Source: Escherichia coli
Lineage (GTDB): Bacteria; Pseudomonadota; Gammaproteobacteria; Enterobacterales; Enterobacteriaceae
Strand: one strand, 5' to 3'
NCBI RefSeq assembly: GCF_003334335.1
Contig: NZ_QOWQ01000019.1
DNA length: 64,000 nt
Within the stretch, counting starts at the first letter, position 1, and each line of letters starts with the position of its first letter. The notes beneath the pieces are model-generated. The model ran no database searches. It was not told the origin of the DNA and worked only from the letters and a program-made list of their open reading frames with translations. Made by a program: the position numbers and the translations under genes. Shown piece by piece: positions 43,223-54,209 of the stretch.

Positions 43223-44902
43223 TTATTTAATCCACATAACCTGCCAGGGGCGCAGCGTTATTTCATTACCCAATATATCAACTTCACTAATCAGATCCCG
43301 ACCATGCAGATTAGTAATATTTACATGCTGAATATTTTTACTGACATTAAACAATCCAGTCAGACAATTACCATCAGCGTTACTTCTTTGAATACGCATT
43401 ACGGATGAATTAATCGTATCAATGGTAAAATTATTATCCGGATGAAACTCGTTATGGCTGCGACGAAGTGTAATTAAACGCGACAACTCATGATATACCG
43501 CATGCCTTAATGTAGCTTCATCGTTCAGTTCTCGGGTTATCTCTTTACTGTGATATTTTTTACGGTTAATCGCACGGTTATATCCGATTTTTTCGACACC
43601 TGCGTAATCATTACGCGAGCCAAGAATACTTTGAATATATATCGCTGGCACACCGGGGAAACTTAACAAAATCGCATGGGCAAGGATAAACCTGGCGCAA
43701 CGTTCTTCATCGCTACTCTCACGGCGGCTTAACGCATCCATATAGGTCACATTTATTTCATACGGACTGCGTGTACCGTCGGGATTATTTTTCCAGTTTA
43801 CTAATGCACCTTCCTGCTGTAACGCCTCGACCAGCTCTAATATTTCGCTTTCAGGCAACAAGCCCCGTAGCGGGTTTAGCCCGATGCCATCGTGAGAGGC
43901 GAGGAAGTTAAACCAGGTGGTGTTGCTGGAAGGTAGTGTCAGGTTTTGCGCCCACGCACAAAGCGCCTCAACGTTCTGTTTTTGCACCGCATGCAGCACC
44001 AGTGGCGGCAGCGAGAACTGGTACACCATATGTGCTTCGTCATCGCCTGCGCCAAAGTAAGCAATGTTGTCTTTATGCGGAACATTGGTCTCGGTAATGA
44101 TCACTGTACCTGGCGCAACGTTATCAATAATCGACCGTAACAGTTTGATAATCAGATGTGTTTTTTCCAGATGGATGCAGCTTGTTCCCGGCTCTTTCCA
44201 CATAAAGCCAACGGCATCCAGGCGGACATACTCAGCACCTTTCGCAAGGTAACAGAGTAAAACATCCACCATCGCCAGCAACACTTCAGGGCTACGGTAA
44301 TTCAGGTCAATTTGATCGTCACTAAAGGTGGTCCATAAATGGCGCGTTGAATGATCGCGCATCTGGAATGGCGTTAATAACGGTAACGCACGCGGGCGAG
44401 TGACGGCGCTGAGATCGGTTTGCGGGTCAACGGCAATAAAAAAATCTTCAAAACCTGGATGCTGTTGTAAATAGTTTTTAAACCATTCACTTTTTGCCGA
44501 CATATGGTTGCAGACAAAATCAAACATTAAATGACTGCATTCACCGAGTTGCTGAATATCCTGCCACTCCCCCGCTTCACTGGCGACCTGATGATAATCA
44601 ATTACCGAAAAGCCATCATCAGATGACCATGGATAAAACGGCAACAAATGAACATGTGAAAAAATGCTTTGCAGCCATTGATGGTAAAACTGATTAAATG
44701 TGGGTAATGGTTTTAAATCATTGCTGTGAAATTGATCGGCATAGGTAATTAACACGACATCACTTTCATCCCAGTGTTTTTTACGTCGCTGTGTAATTAA
44801 TCGTTTCGCACTCTCAAGACGCGTTACAAGTTTCTGTAAATGAGTTGCGGTAAATGTTCCACCGTAGATTTCGTCCAGGTAATCCGTAATTTTCTGTTTC
44901 AT
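43223..44902 (-). CDS. ycjM: GH13_18 sucrose-phosphorylase-like enzyme (glucosylglycerate phosphorylase)
   Basis: 559 aa from ATG 44902 (MKQKITDYLDEIYGG matches recalled YcjM); the track ORF extends 9 codons upstream. Confidence 0.88.
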   Translation of the reverse strand: MKQKITDYLDEIYGGTFTATHLQKLVTRLESAKRLITQRRKKHWDESDVVLITYADQFHSNDLKPLPTFNQFYHQWLQSIFSHVHLLPFYPWSSDDGFSVIDYHQVASEAGEWQDIQQLGECSHLMFDFVCNHMSAKSEWFKNYLQQHPGFEDFFIAVDPQTDLSAVTRPRALPLLTPFQMRDHSTRHLWTTFSDDQIDLNYRSPEVLLAMVDVLLCYLAKGAEYVRLDAVGFMWKEPGTSCIHLEKTHLIIKLLRSIIDNVAPGTVIITETNVPHKDNIAYFGAGDDEAHMVYQFSLPPLVLHAVQKQNVEALCAWAQNLTLPSSNTTWFNFLASHDGIGLNPLRGLLPESEILELVEALQQEGALVNWKNNPDGTRSPYEINVTYMDALSRRESSDEERCARFILAHAILLSFPGVPAIYIQSILGSRNDYAGVEKIGYNRAINRKKYHSKEITRELNDEATLRHAVYHELSRLITLRRSHNEFHPDNNFTIDTINSSVMRIQRSNADGNCLTGLFNVSKNIQHVNITNLHGRDLISEVDILGNEITLRPWQVMWIK

Positions 44903-45072
44903 GTTGCCTTTCCGTGGTAGCGGTCCCATGAAACGAGAGACTACTCCGCAGAAAATAAACTGTCAATTGAGCACAAGGGTTTTAGTCACGCAGGAAATCA
45001 TTTTTTACCAGGGAAAAAGCGTATTTGTGAGCTGACGCAAATAATCTATGGGGATGTAAATAAGGTGTGACA

Positions 45073-45098
45073 GAAAAAAAAACGGCGCATAAGCGCCG
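45073..45098 (-). terminator. rho-independent terminator after pspE
   Basis: Minus strand CGGCGC-ttat-GCGCCG followed by a run of about 9 T. Confidence 0.6.
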
Positions 45099-45114
45099 CT
45101 CATGGTGAATTCTT

Positions 45115-45429
45115 TTAACCTTTGACCTTCGGCATTGCGATGTCTTTCAGGCCACCGGCGTTCTCAACGTGGGTATATCCCATCTCGCTAAGGATCTCTT
45201 TTGCTTGCCCTGACTGGCGTCCGGCATTGCAATACACTTTCACGGTGTCGTTTTTATCCGGAACGGCGGTGGCAATGCGCTCTTTCACTTCCTTCAGGGG
45301 AATATTGATGGCCCCCTGAACGTGCTCTTGCTGATACTGCTCTGGAACACGAACATCGATCCAGTGTTCAGCGGCGAAAACGGGCAGTGAAAACACCAGT
45401 GCCAGAGCAAGTAAGCCTTTTTTAAACAT
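45115..45429 (-). CDS. pspE: periplasmic rhodanese (thiosulfate sulfurtransferase) PspE
   Basis: 104 aa; signal peptide; active-site CNAGRQS; matches recalled PspE. Confidence 0.92.
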   Translation of the reverse strand: MFKKGLLALALVFSLPVFAAEHWIDVRVPEQYQQEHVQGAINIPLKEVKERIATAVPDKNDTVKVYCNAGRQSGQAKEILSEMGYTHVENAGGLKDIAMPKVKG

Positions 45430-45503
45430 GTAAGCGTCCTTCTATGGATGAAAATTGCCATCCATTATACGCCTGAGATTTAACAATTTTTGCGAAACTC
45501 CCC

Positions 45504-45725
45504 TCACCTTTTATAACGCTGTGCCAGTTTATTAGCAGCCCGACTTAACAGCGGTTCCAGCGCCACAGCCAGCAACATTTTCAGCGGTCGGCGAGCAACT
45601 GATTTTATCGCCCAGCCCGCCACACCCGCCGGGCCATAGCGCAGTGCGGTAAGAAGTACCAGCTTGCCTGCTAATTTGAAACCAGGCTTTACCTTTTGCC
45701 CGGCCTGTTGCCAGCGAGTATTCAT
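45504..45725 (-). CDS. pspD: phage shock protein D
   Basis: 73 aa from ATG 45725 ([21 protein letters not shown] matches recalled PspD); the track ORF starts 4 codons upstream. Confidence 0.88.
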
Positions 45726-45733
45726 AACTTTCC

Positions 45734-46093
45734 TCACAGTTGACGGAAACGGCTACGTAACGTGAAAGTATCGGAAGTGACATAACGTTCCATCTCGCGT
45801 AAACGCGTTTCACTTGCCGCCAGTTCACGGTCGACTTCATCCAGCAATTCGCTGCTGGAAGGTAGCTGCTCACCAAAGGCCATGTTGTCCGGCATTGGAT
45901 CAAGCGCAAATGACAAAATGATGTAAGCAACCAGGGTAAACAGCGCCAGACCGAAGAAAATCGACAGCACCACCAGGATACGCACCAGTTTTACCGGTAC
46001 ATCAAAATAGTTGGCAATCCCGGCGCAGACGCCGCGGACCATGCCCTGCTGTGGAATACGCCATAATTTTTTATTGAGATTAATGCCCGCCAT
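45734..46093 (-). CDS. pspC: phage shock protein C
   Basis: 119 aa; [38 protein letters not shown] matches recalled PspC. Confidence 0.92.
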
Positions 46094-46317
46094 TAGCGAT
46101 CCCTCCAGTTCGGATGTTCTGCATCAAGAATAGATTCCAGCGCCTGAATACGTTCGCGCATCCGTTTTGCTTCATCAGCCAGTTGCGCTAATCGCTGCTG
46201 CTCACTTTGCGACAATTCACTGCGACCAGAACGATTGCTGTAATGCAGCCATAACCAGATCGGTAAAACAAACAGCACAAAAATGGTTAACGGAATAGCC
46301 AGAAATAGCGCGCTCAT
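46093..46317 (-). CDS. pspB: phage shock protein B
   Basis: 74 aa; MSALFLAIPLTIFVLFVLPIWLWLHYSN; overlaps the pspC start by 1 nt. Confidence 0.92.
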   Translation of the reverse strand: MSALFLAIPLTIFVLFVLPIWLWLHYSNRSGRSELSQSEQQRLAQLADEAKRMRERIQALESILDAEHPNWRDR

Positions 46318-46370
46318 AAGTACTCCTTAGACGATGAGCGGCGGCGCGTTCGGACGCCGCCTGGATGTTA

Positions 46371-47111
<741 letters not shown>

Positions 47112-47205
47112 TTATCTTTTTGATTTATAAAGATCTGATTGAAGAATCAACAGCAACATGCCAGGATGAGTTAGCGAATTACACTAACAAGTGGCGAATT
47201 TCATC

Positions 47206-48183
47206 ATGGCAGAATACAAAGATAATTTACTTGGTGAGGCGAACAGCTTTCTCGAAGTGCTGGAACAGGTTTCGCATCTCGCACCGCTGGACAAACCGGT
47301 GCTCATCATCGGCGAACGCGGCACCGGTAAAGAGCTGATTGCCAGCCGCCTGCATTATCTCTCCTCCCGTTGGCAAGGGCCGTTTATTTCCCTTAACTGC
47401 GCGGCGTTAAATGAAAATCTGCTGGATTCCGAACTGTTTGGTCACGAAGCGGGGGCGTTTACCGGTGCGCAAAAACGTCATCCAGGGAGATTTGAACGTG
47501 CCGACGGCGGTACGCTATTTCTTGATGAACTCGCTACGGCACCGATGATGGTGCAGGAGAAATTATTGCGCGTGATTGAGTACGGTGAACTGGAGCGCGT
47601 TGGCGGCAGCCAGCCATTGCAGGTGAATGTGCGGTTGGTATGCGCGACGAATGCCGATCTCCCGGCGATGGTCAATGAAGGCACTTTTCGCGCTGACCTG
47701 CTCGACCGACTGGCTTTTGATGTTGTACAACTGCCACCACTGCGCGAGCGCGAAAGCGACATAATGTTGATGGCAGAATACTTTGCCATCCAGATGTGTC
47801 GGGAAATCAAGCTGCCTCTGTTCCCGGGGTTTACGGAGCGCGCCAGAGAAACATTGCTGAATTATCGTTGGCCGGGAAATATTCGTGAATTGAAAAACGT
47901 GGTGGAACGTTCAGTGTATCGCCACGGCACCAGCGATTATCCGCTTGATGACATCATTATTGATCCCTTTAAACGGCGTCCGCCTGAAGACGCTATCGCC
48001 GTTTCAGAAACCACCTCGCTTCCAACACTGCCGCTGGATTTACGTGAGTTTCAGATGCAGCAGGAAAAAGAGTTGCTGCAACTCAGTTTGCAACAAGGGA
48101 AATATAACCAGAAGCGCGCGGCTGAATTACTGGGGTTAACTTATCATCAGTTCCGCGCGTTGTTGAAAAAGCACCAGATTTAG
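47206..48183 (+). CDS. pspF: sigma54-dependent transcriptional activator PspF (AAA+ enhancer-binding protein)
   Basis: 325 aa from ATG 47206 (MAEYKDNLLGEANSFLEVLEQV matches recalled PspF); GAFTGA loop, Walker A GERGTGKE; the track ORF starts at an upstream GTG. Confidence 0.93.
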   Translation: MAEYKDNLLGEANSFLEVLEQVSHLAPLDKPVLIIGERGTGKELIASRLHYLSSRWQGPFISLNCAALNENLLDSELFGHEAGAFTGAQKRHPGRFERADGGTLFLDELATAPMMVQEKLLRVIEYGELERVGGSQPLQVNVRLVCATNADLPAMVNEGTFRADLLDRLAFDVVQLPPLRERESDIMLMAEYFAIQMCREIKLPLFPGFTERARETLLNYRWPGNIRELKNVVERSVYRHGTSDYPLDDIIIDPFKRRPPEDAIAVSETTSLPTLPLDLREFQMQQEKELLQLSLQQGKYNQKRAAELLGLTYHQFRALLKKHQI

Positions 48184-48204
48184 CGAAGTTGAGCAATACA
48201 ACTT

Positions 48205-48284
48205 GCCGGATGCGGCGTGAATGCTTTATTCGGCATACATAATCAATACGTCGTTTGCAGGCCTGATAAGCGCAGCGCATCAGA
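48205..48284. repeat. REP element pair between pspF and puuE
   Basis: GCCGGATGCGGCGTGAATGCTTTATTCGGCATACA and CAGGCCTGATAAGCGCAGCGCATCAG. Confidence 0.6.
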
Positions 48285-48302
48285 CATTATTGCCTTGGGC
48301 TA

Positions 48303-49568
48303 TTAATCGCTCAGCGCATCCTGCAAAATTTTCATTGCCGCATCGAATTGCGCATCCGGGATGGTCAGCGGATACAGGAAGCGAATCACGTTGCCGTATG
48401 CGCCACAGGTCAGCAGGAGCAGCCCCTGCGCCAGCGCGCGTTGCTGGATTTTCTGTGCAATCGCCGCTGACGGCTCGCCCGTTTGCGGATCGTTAAACTC
48501 TACCGCAATCATCGACCCCAGGCCGCGTACCGCAGCAATGGCCGGAACGCTTTCTTTGGCATCAATCAACGTGTTTTTGAGACGCTGGCCCAGTTGATTC
48601 GCGCGTTCGCAGAGTGATTCTTTGTCGATAATGTTGAGCACCGCGTGCGCGGCAGCCACCGCCAGCGGGTTACCGGCGTAGGTGCCGCCAAGCCCGCCCG
48701 GCGCGGGTGCGTCCATAATATTCGCGTTACCGACCACGCCCGAAAGCGGCATCCCGCCCGCGAGGCTTTTCGCCATCGTCATTAAATCCGGCTTATCGGC
48801 GTAATGATCCATGGCAAACAGCTTACCGGTACGCGCAAAGCCGCTTTGCACTTCATCAGCAATCATCACAATACCGTGCTCGTCGCACAGGCGGCGAATA
48901 GCGGCAACCAGCTCTTTTGGCGCAACGTTGAAACCGCCCTCGCCCTGCACCGGTTCGAAAATAATCGCCGCCACCTGCTTCGCTTCGATGTCTGATTTAA
49001 ACAAGCGTTCGATGGCGTCGAGGGAGTCCTGTGTTGAAATGCCGTGTAAATCTGACGGATAAGGTACGTGATACACCGAACCAGGGAACGGGCCGAAGCC
49101 GATTTTGTACGGCGCAACTTTTCCGGTCAGCGCCATGGTCATATACGTACGACCGTGAAAGCCGCCGCTAAACGCAATCACGCCAGGGCGTCCGGTATGG
49201 GCGCGAGCAATTTTCACCGCGTTTTCCACCGCTTCCGCACCGGTGGTGAAGAACGCGGTTTTGGCCTGCCCGCTCACCGGGGCAAGGGCGTTGATTTTCT
49301 CCGCCAGGGTGACGTAGCTTTCATACGGCACAATCTGATACGCGGTGTGGGTAAACTGTTGCAGTTGCTGCTCCACCGCCGCGACCAGATCAGGGTGGCG
49401 ATGTCCGGTATTCAGCACCGCAATGCCTGCGGCGAAATCGATGTACTCGTTGCCCTCAACATCCTTCAGCGTGGCGTTTTCAGCCGACTGGGCGAAGAAG
49501 TTACACATCACGCCAACCCCGCGCGGAGTGGCAGAAAGACGACGCTGATGGAATTCATTGTTGCTCAT
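48303..49568 (-). CDS. puuE: 4-aminobutyrate aminotransferase (PLP-dependent, class III)
   Basis: 421 aa; MSNNEFHQRRLSATPRGVGVMCNFFAQSAENATLKD matches recalled PuuE. Confidence 0.9.
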   Translation of the reverse strand: MSNNEFHQRRLSATPRGVGVMCNFFAQSAENATLKDVEGNEYIDFAAGIAVLNTGHRHPDLVAAVEQQLQQFTHTAYQIVPYESYVTLAEKINALAPVSGQAKTAFFTTGAEAVENAVKIARAHTGRPGVIAFSGGFHGRTYMTMALTGKVAPYKIGFGPFPGSVYHVPYPSDLHGISTQDSLDAIERLFKSDIEAKQVAAIIFEPVQGEGGFNVAPKELVAAIRRLCDEHGIVMIADEVQSGFARTGKLFAMDHYADKPDLMTMAKSLAGGMPLSGVVGNANIMDAPAPGGLGGTYAGNPLAVAAAHAVLNIIDKESLCERANQLGQRLKNTLIDAKESVPAIAAVRGLGSMIAVEFNDPQTGEPSAAIAQKIQQRALAQGLLLLTCGAYGNVIRFLYPLTIPDAQFDAAMKILQDALSD

Positions 49569-49605
49569 GTTTCACACCTTTTGACTCTTCACGGTTAATC
49601 GGAAA

Positions 49606-50886
49606 TTAAACGCCCAGACGATCGCGCAGGCTGTAATACGCCGCGCCCATCGCGGTAAACGGCACACGCAGCGTGCGCCCGCCGGGGAACGGGTAATGCG
49701 GCAGATTGGCGAAGGCATCGAAACGTTCGGCGTCGCCGCGCAGCAGTTCGGCAATCAAACGTCCGGCTAGATGAGTACAGGTCACGCCGTGGCCGCTGTA
49801 GCCCTGCATGTAATAGATGTTGGTATCGAGGCGACCAAACTGCGGCATACGCGACAGGGTCAGCAGGAAGTTGCCCGTCCAGCGGTAATCAATTTTCACG
49901 CCCTTCAGCTGCGGGAAGGTTTTCAGCAGTTTCGGCACCACAAGGCGCTCAACGTCATCCGGGTCGCGCGCGCCGTAGACCACGCCGCCGCCGTACAGCA
50001 GGCGGTTGTCGGCGGTAAGACGGTAGTAATCAAGCAGATAGTTACAGTCTTCCACACAGTAGTTTTTCGGGATCAGCGAACGGGCTAAATCTTCCGACAG
50101 CCGTTCGGTGGTGATCACCTGCGTGCCGCACGGCATGCTGCGTTTCGCCAGTTCCGGCTCTACTTTATCGCCCAGATACGCATTCCCGGCGACAAACACA
50201 TACTTCGCCGTCACCTGACCTTTGGCAGTTCGCACAACGGCTGGCGTGGTGTGCTGGATCTGCGTCACGGCAGAAAGTTCATACACGCGCCCGCCGTTGA
50301 GGCGGATGGCGTCCGCTTCGCCAATGGCAAGGTTTAGCGGATGAATATGCCCACCGCTGTGATCCAGCAGCGCACCGGTATAGCGATCGCTGGCTACTTC
50401 ACGGCGAATGGCGTTGGCGTCCAGCAATTCCAGCTGTTTATTGCCGTAGCGTTCCCAGTTCTCTTTCTGCTCTTCAAGTGTGGCGAGCTGTTTATCATTC
50501 ATCGCCACAAACAGGCCGCCGGGGCGGTAGTCGCAGTCAATCTGATAACGTTTGATACGTTCGCGGATGATCTCACCACCTTCGAACATCATGCTGCCGA
50601 GCATACGGGCGGTGTCCATGCCGTAGCTTTTTTCGATCACGTCGATGTCGCGGCTGTAGGAGTTCACAAGCTGTCCGCCATTGCGCCCGCTTGCGCCAAA
50701 GCCGATGCGTGAGGCTTCGAGAACCACTACGTCAAAGCCCGCTTCCGCCAGATGCAGCGCGGAGGAGAGCCCGGTATAGCCGCCGCCAACCACGCAAACG
50801 TCGCAGGTGATTGACTCATTCAGCGTGTCGAATGGTGCATATTTATTCGCACTGGCGGCGTAGTAACTGCTGGTATGTTCGGTCAT
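49606..50886 (-). CDS. puuB: gamma-glutamylputrescine oxidase (FAD-dependent)
   Basis: 426 aa; N-terminal FAD dinucleotide-binding motif VCVVGGGYTG. Confidence 0.9.
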   Translation of the reverse strand: MTEHTSSYYAASANKYAPFDTLNESITCDVCVVGGGYTGLSSALHLAEAGFDVVVLEASRIGFGASGRNGGQLVNSYSRDIDVIEKSYGMDTARMLGSMMFEGGEIIRERIKRYQIDCDYRPGGLFVAMNDKQLATLEEQKENWERYGNKQLELLDANAIRREVASDRYTGALLDHSGGHIHPLNLAIGEADAIRLNGGRVYELSAVTQIQHTTPAVVRTAKGQVTAKYVFVAGNAYLGDKVEPELAKRSMPCGTQVITTERLSEDLARSLIPKNYCVEDCNYLLDYYRLTADNRLLYGGGVVYGARDPDDVERLVVPKLLKTFPQLKGVKIDYRWTGNFLLTLSRMPQFGRLDTNIYYMQGYSGHGVTCTHLAGRLIAELLRGDAERFDAFANLPHYPFPGGRTLRVPFTAMGAAYYSLRDRLGV

Positions 50887-50887
50887 T

Positions 50888-52375
50888 TCAGGCCTCCAGG
50901 CTTATCCAGATGGTTTTCAGTTCAGTGAATTTTTCAAGGGCATGCAGGGATTTGTCGCGACCGTTGCCGCTCTGCTTATAGCCGCCAAACGGCACGGTCA
51001 TATCGCCGTCGTTGTAGTTATTGACGAAGACGGAACCGGCTTTCAGGCGTCGGCTCATGCGGTGCGCGCGGGAGAGGTCGCGCGTCCATACCGCCGCGCC
51101 AAGGCCGTACTGGCTGTCGTTGGCAAGCTGTAGCGCCTGTTCTTCTGATGTGAAACGCGTGACCACCAGCACCGGACCGAAAATCTCTTCGCGACTTAAG
51201 GACGCATTCGGGTCCACATCCACAAAGATGGTCGGGCCGATGGCGGCAGCCAGCCCGGCGTTACGGCCATCCAACAACAGTTGCCCTTTGCTTTCGCCTT
51301 CCCGAATAAAGCTATGGACCGAGTCGGCGTGGGCGCAGTCGATTAAGGTGCCCATGGTGGTTGCGGGATCAAGTGGATGGCCCGGCTGCCAGTTTTGCGC
51401 CTGCTGTTTTAACAGGGCTAAGAATTCATCGGCGATGCTCTCTTCCAGCAACAGGCGCGTTCCGGCGATGCACACCTGTCCCTGGTTGTAGAAAATGCCT
51501 GCTGCGGTGGCGCTTGCCGCCTGTTGCAAATCCGGGCAGTCAGCGAAAACGATGTTGGCGCTTTTGCCGCCCGCTTCCAGCCAGACGCGTTTCATGTTGC
51601 TGTCGCCCGCATCTTTCAGCAGCTGTTTCCCGGTACGGGTTGAACCGGTAAAGGCAATGGCGTCGATATCGTTATGACGCGACAGCGCCTGCCCGGCTTC
51701 ATGACCAAAACCCGTCACCACGTTCAACACACCATCCGGCAAGCCTGCTTCTTTCGCCAGCCCCGCGAGACGAATCGCACTGAGCGGTGATTTTTCAGAC
51801 GGTTTTAGAATCACGCTGTTTCCCGCCGCCAGCGCCGGGCCGAGTTTCCAGCAAGTCAGCAACAGCGGGAAGTTCCACGGCACGATGGCGGCAATCACGC
51901 CGACCGGTTCACGCACGATCATCGCCAGCTCATGGCTACTGGTGGTCGCCACTTCGCCATACACTTTGTCGATCGCTTCGGCGTACCAGCGAATGGCGCG
52001 CGCCGCGCCGGGAATATCATCACGCAGACTGTGACGAATCGGTTTGCCGGTGTCGAGAGTTTCCAGCAGTGCCAGCTCTTCGGCGTGGGCTTCCATTAAA
52101 TCGGCGAGTTTATTCAGTACCGCTTTACGTTTAGCCGGAGAAGAGAGTGACCAGTCGCCGCGTTCAAATACGCCGCGTGCTGCGCTCATCGCACGGTCGA
52201 TATCGACGCTCTTGCCGCGGGCAATTTTCGCCAGCGGTGCCTGGGTGACCGGATCAACGGTTTCAAAGGTTTCATTTTCCGCAGCAGCAGTATATTCACC
52301 GTTAATAAATAAGCGGTTTTCAATGGCGAGACTTAACGCTTTATCCTGCCAGTAAGCCAGATGATGAAAATTCAT
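50888..52375 (-). CDS. puuC: gamma-glutamyl-gamma-aminobutyraldehyde dehydrogenase (aldehyde dehydrogenase family)
   Basis: 495 aa from ATG 52375 (MNFHHLAYWQDKALSLAIENRLFINGEY matches recalled PuuC); the track ORF carries a 32-codon upstream extension. Confidence 0.88.
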   Translation of the reverse strand: MNFHHLAYWQDKALSLAIENRLFINGEYTAAAENETFETVDPVTQAPLAKIARGKSVDIDRAMSAARGVFERGDWSLSSPAKRKAVLNKLADLMEAHAEELALLETLDTGKPIRHSLRDDIPGAARAIRWYAEAIDKVYGEVATTSSHELAMIVREPVGVIAAIVPWNFPLLLTCWKLGPALAAGNSVILKPSEKSPLSAIRLAGLAKEAGLPDGVLNVVTGFGHEAGQALSRHNDIDAIAFTGSTRTGKQLLKDAGDSNMKRVWLEAGGKSANIVFADCPDLQQAASATAAGIFYNQGQVCIAGTRLLLEESIADEFLALLKQQAQNWQPGHPLDPATTMGTLIDCAHADSVHSFIREGESKGQLLLDGRNAGLAAAIGPTIFVDVDPNASLSREEIFGPVLVVTRFTSEEQALQLANDSQYGLGAAVWTRDLSRAHRMSRRLKAGSVFVNNYNDGDMTVPFGGYKQSGNGRDKSLHALEKFTELKTIWISLEA

Positions 52376-52649
52376 TATGACTCCTGTTTCACGTCTATCA
52401 GATATATGCAGTTTGTGAACGTCAGGGCGCAGAGATCCCCGGGCCGTATGCCCGTTTATTTCTGGCGACATTCTTTATATACACTTCATCCTTCAAGCCG
52501 CCTCTGCCTTGGCTGCGTTCGCTCCCCCGAATCACTTACCTGAGTAAGCTCATCGGGATTCGCTCACTTGCCGCCTTGATGCAACTTGAATGATTTTGTG
52601 TATAGATTGCCGGGCGCATTGCGCTTACCCGGCTTACAGAACAAAAAGA

Positions 52650-53207
52650 TTAAAACGTGGTGGGCGTATGGGCGCTGATAATTCGGCAAATACCTGCCGA
52701 CGTATTACTGAAACTGTGCGGGATGCCGGTATTAATGGCATAACTTTGCCCCGCGACGAGGTGGTAATCCTGACCATTAATCGTCAGAACAATTTCACCT
52801 TCCAGTACAGTGCCTATTTCCTCACCCTGATGCTTAATTCTTTCCCCAGTGGTTGTGCCCGGCTGGTACGTTTCAAAGATCATCGCCAGCGTGCGATTCG
52901 GGTTACCGTTATGAACCAGCTTCATTGACACACCCTGACTACCCATCTCAATTAAGTCGTCCTGATTAATGACGACCTGCGGCTCATCAGGTTTTTCCGG
53001 CTCGGAAAAGAATTCCGAGAGTGACAGACCATACACCTTCAGCAGCTTTTGCAGCGTACTGATGGCAGGGCTGACTTTATCTTGTTCTATCGTACTGATA
53101 GCACTGTGAGTCAGCCCGGAGAGTTCGGCGGCACGACGTTGTGAAAGCCCCTGCTGCTGGCGGATTTCCGACAAGCGTTTTCCTGGCGCCAGTCCCTCAT
53201 CACTCAT
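52650..53207 (-). CDS. puuR: HTH-cupin transcriptional repressor PuuR
   Basis: 185 aa; N-terminal XRE-type HTH (LSEIRQQQGLSQRRAAELSGLTHSAISTIEQDK) plus C-terminal cupin. Confidence 0.9.
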   Translation of the reverse strand: MSDEGLAPGKRLSEIRQQQGLSQRRAAELSGLTHSAISTIEQDKVSPAISTLQKLLKVYGLSLSEFFSEPEKPDEPQVVINQDDLIEMGSQGVSMKLVHNGNPNRTLAMIFETYQPGTTTGERIKHQGEEIGTVLEGEIVLTINGQDYHLVAGQSYAINTGIPHSFSNTSAGICRIISAHTPTTF

Positions 53208-53233
53208 ATTTGCATTTCCTTAAACTGTAGTGG

Positions 53234-53998
53234 TCAGAGTCGCTGTTTTTCAGCGATATGGTGCTGACAAGCGGTGATAAAGCCCTCGAACAATATACGC
53301 GAAAGCGCGTACTCGCTACTGTTCCATTCCGGGTGCCACTGTACGCCCAGCGCAAAAGGATGATTGATGACGCTAACCGCCTCAACTAAGCCATCCGGCG
53401 AGCGAGCTTCAACACGCAACCGTGGGCTAACGACCTTCGCCCCTTGTCCATGTAGAGAGTTTACCCAAAAGTTGCTACATTCAGGTAACAACGCAGACAG
53501 TAATCCCCCCTCTTCAACCTGAACTTCATGCGACGGTGCATATTGCTGTTCCACCGGCAGTTCGGGATCTTCCCGATGTTCCAGCAATTCAGGCTGTTCG
53601 CACAGCTTGCGATGCAACGAACCACCGGTTGCCACCACCAGTTCTTGTAAACCCCGGCAGATGGCGAAAATGGGGATGCGCCTTTCGAGTGCGGCATTAA
53701 TTATCGCCATGCTCAGAAGATCACGCCCGGGATCGGCGTCAGGCTCATCGCCGTTTTCACCATATAGGTGCGGCTGCACATTGCTGGGACTACCAGGAAG
53801 ATAAATGCCATCGAGTTTCGGCAAAAGTTGTTCAAGTAATGACGGTTCCGCCAGCGCATGTGGTAGCGCAATAGGCAAGCCGCCTGCATGGATGATGGCA
53901 TTCAGGTACTTTTCTTGCAGAGTCTGGGTCGCATGACCCTTAAGCCTGTTCCTGCACATTACGACACCGATAACCGGATTGTTCATTATATTTTCCAT
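53234..53998 (-). CDS. puuD: gamma-glutamyl-GABA hydrolase (class I glutamine amidotransferase-like)
   Basis: 254 aa from ATG 53998 (MENIMNNPVIGVVMCRNRLKGHAT matches recalled PuuD); catalytic Cys in AICRG. Confidence 0.88.
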   Translation of the reverse strand: MENIMNNPVIGVVMCRNRLKGHATQTLQEKYLNAIIHAGGLPIALPHALAEPSLLEQLLPKLDGIYLPGSPSNVQPHLYGENGDEPDADPGRDLLSMAIINAALERRIPIFAICRGLQELVVATGGSLHRKLCEQPELLEHREDPELPVEQQYAPSHEVQVEEGGLLSALLPECSNFWVNSLHGQGAKVVSPRLRVEARSPDGLVEAVSVINHPFALGVQWHPEWNSSEYALSRILFEGFITACQHHIAEKQRL

Positions 53999-54055
53999 GC
54001 TCAATCTCACAAAGTGGACTAAATTATCGCCATTACTGCGCTTTAAATGACCTTT

Positions 54056-54070
54056 ATGTTCAATATTTTT
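54056..54070. promoter_or_regulatory. candidate PuuR operator in the puuD-puuA divergent region (site 1)
   Basis: TATGTTCAATATTTT; reverse complement AAAATATTGAACATA resembles the recalled PuuR recognition sequence AAAATATAATGAACA. Confidence 0.35.
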
Positions 54071-54151
54071 TCAATCTAGCAGTGGGTTTTCATTTTTGCA
54101 AACTCAATTTAACATTTGACAAACATTTAGTTTGCATACAGATTCGAATGG

Positions 54152-54166
54152 TGGTCATTATATTTT
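54152..54166. promoter_or_regulatory. candidate PuuR operator in the puuD-puuA divergent region (site 2)
   Basis: TGGTCATTATATTTT; reverse complement AAAATATAATGACCA is one mismatch from the recalled PuuR box. Confidence 0.4.
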
Positions 54167-54209
54167 ACGCTTTGATAACGAGCGGAAAACAAACCAAAGG
54201 CGAAGAATC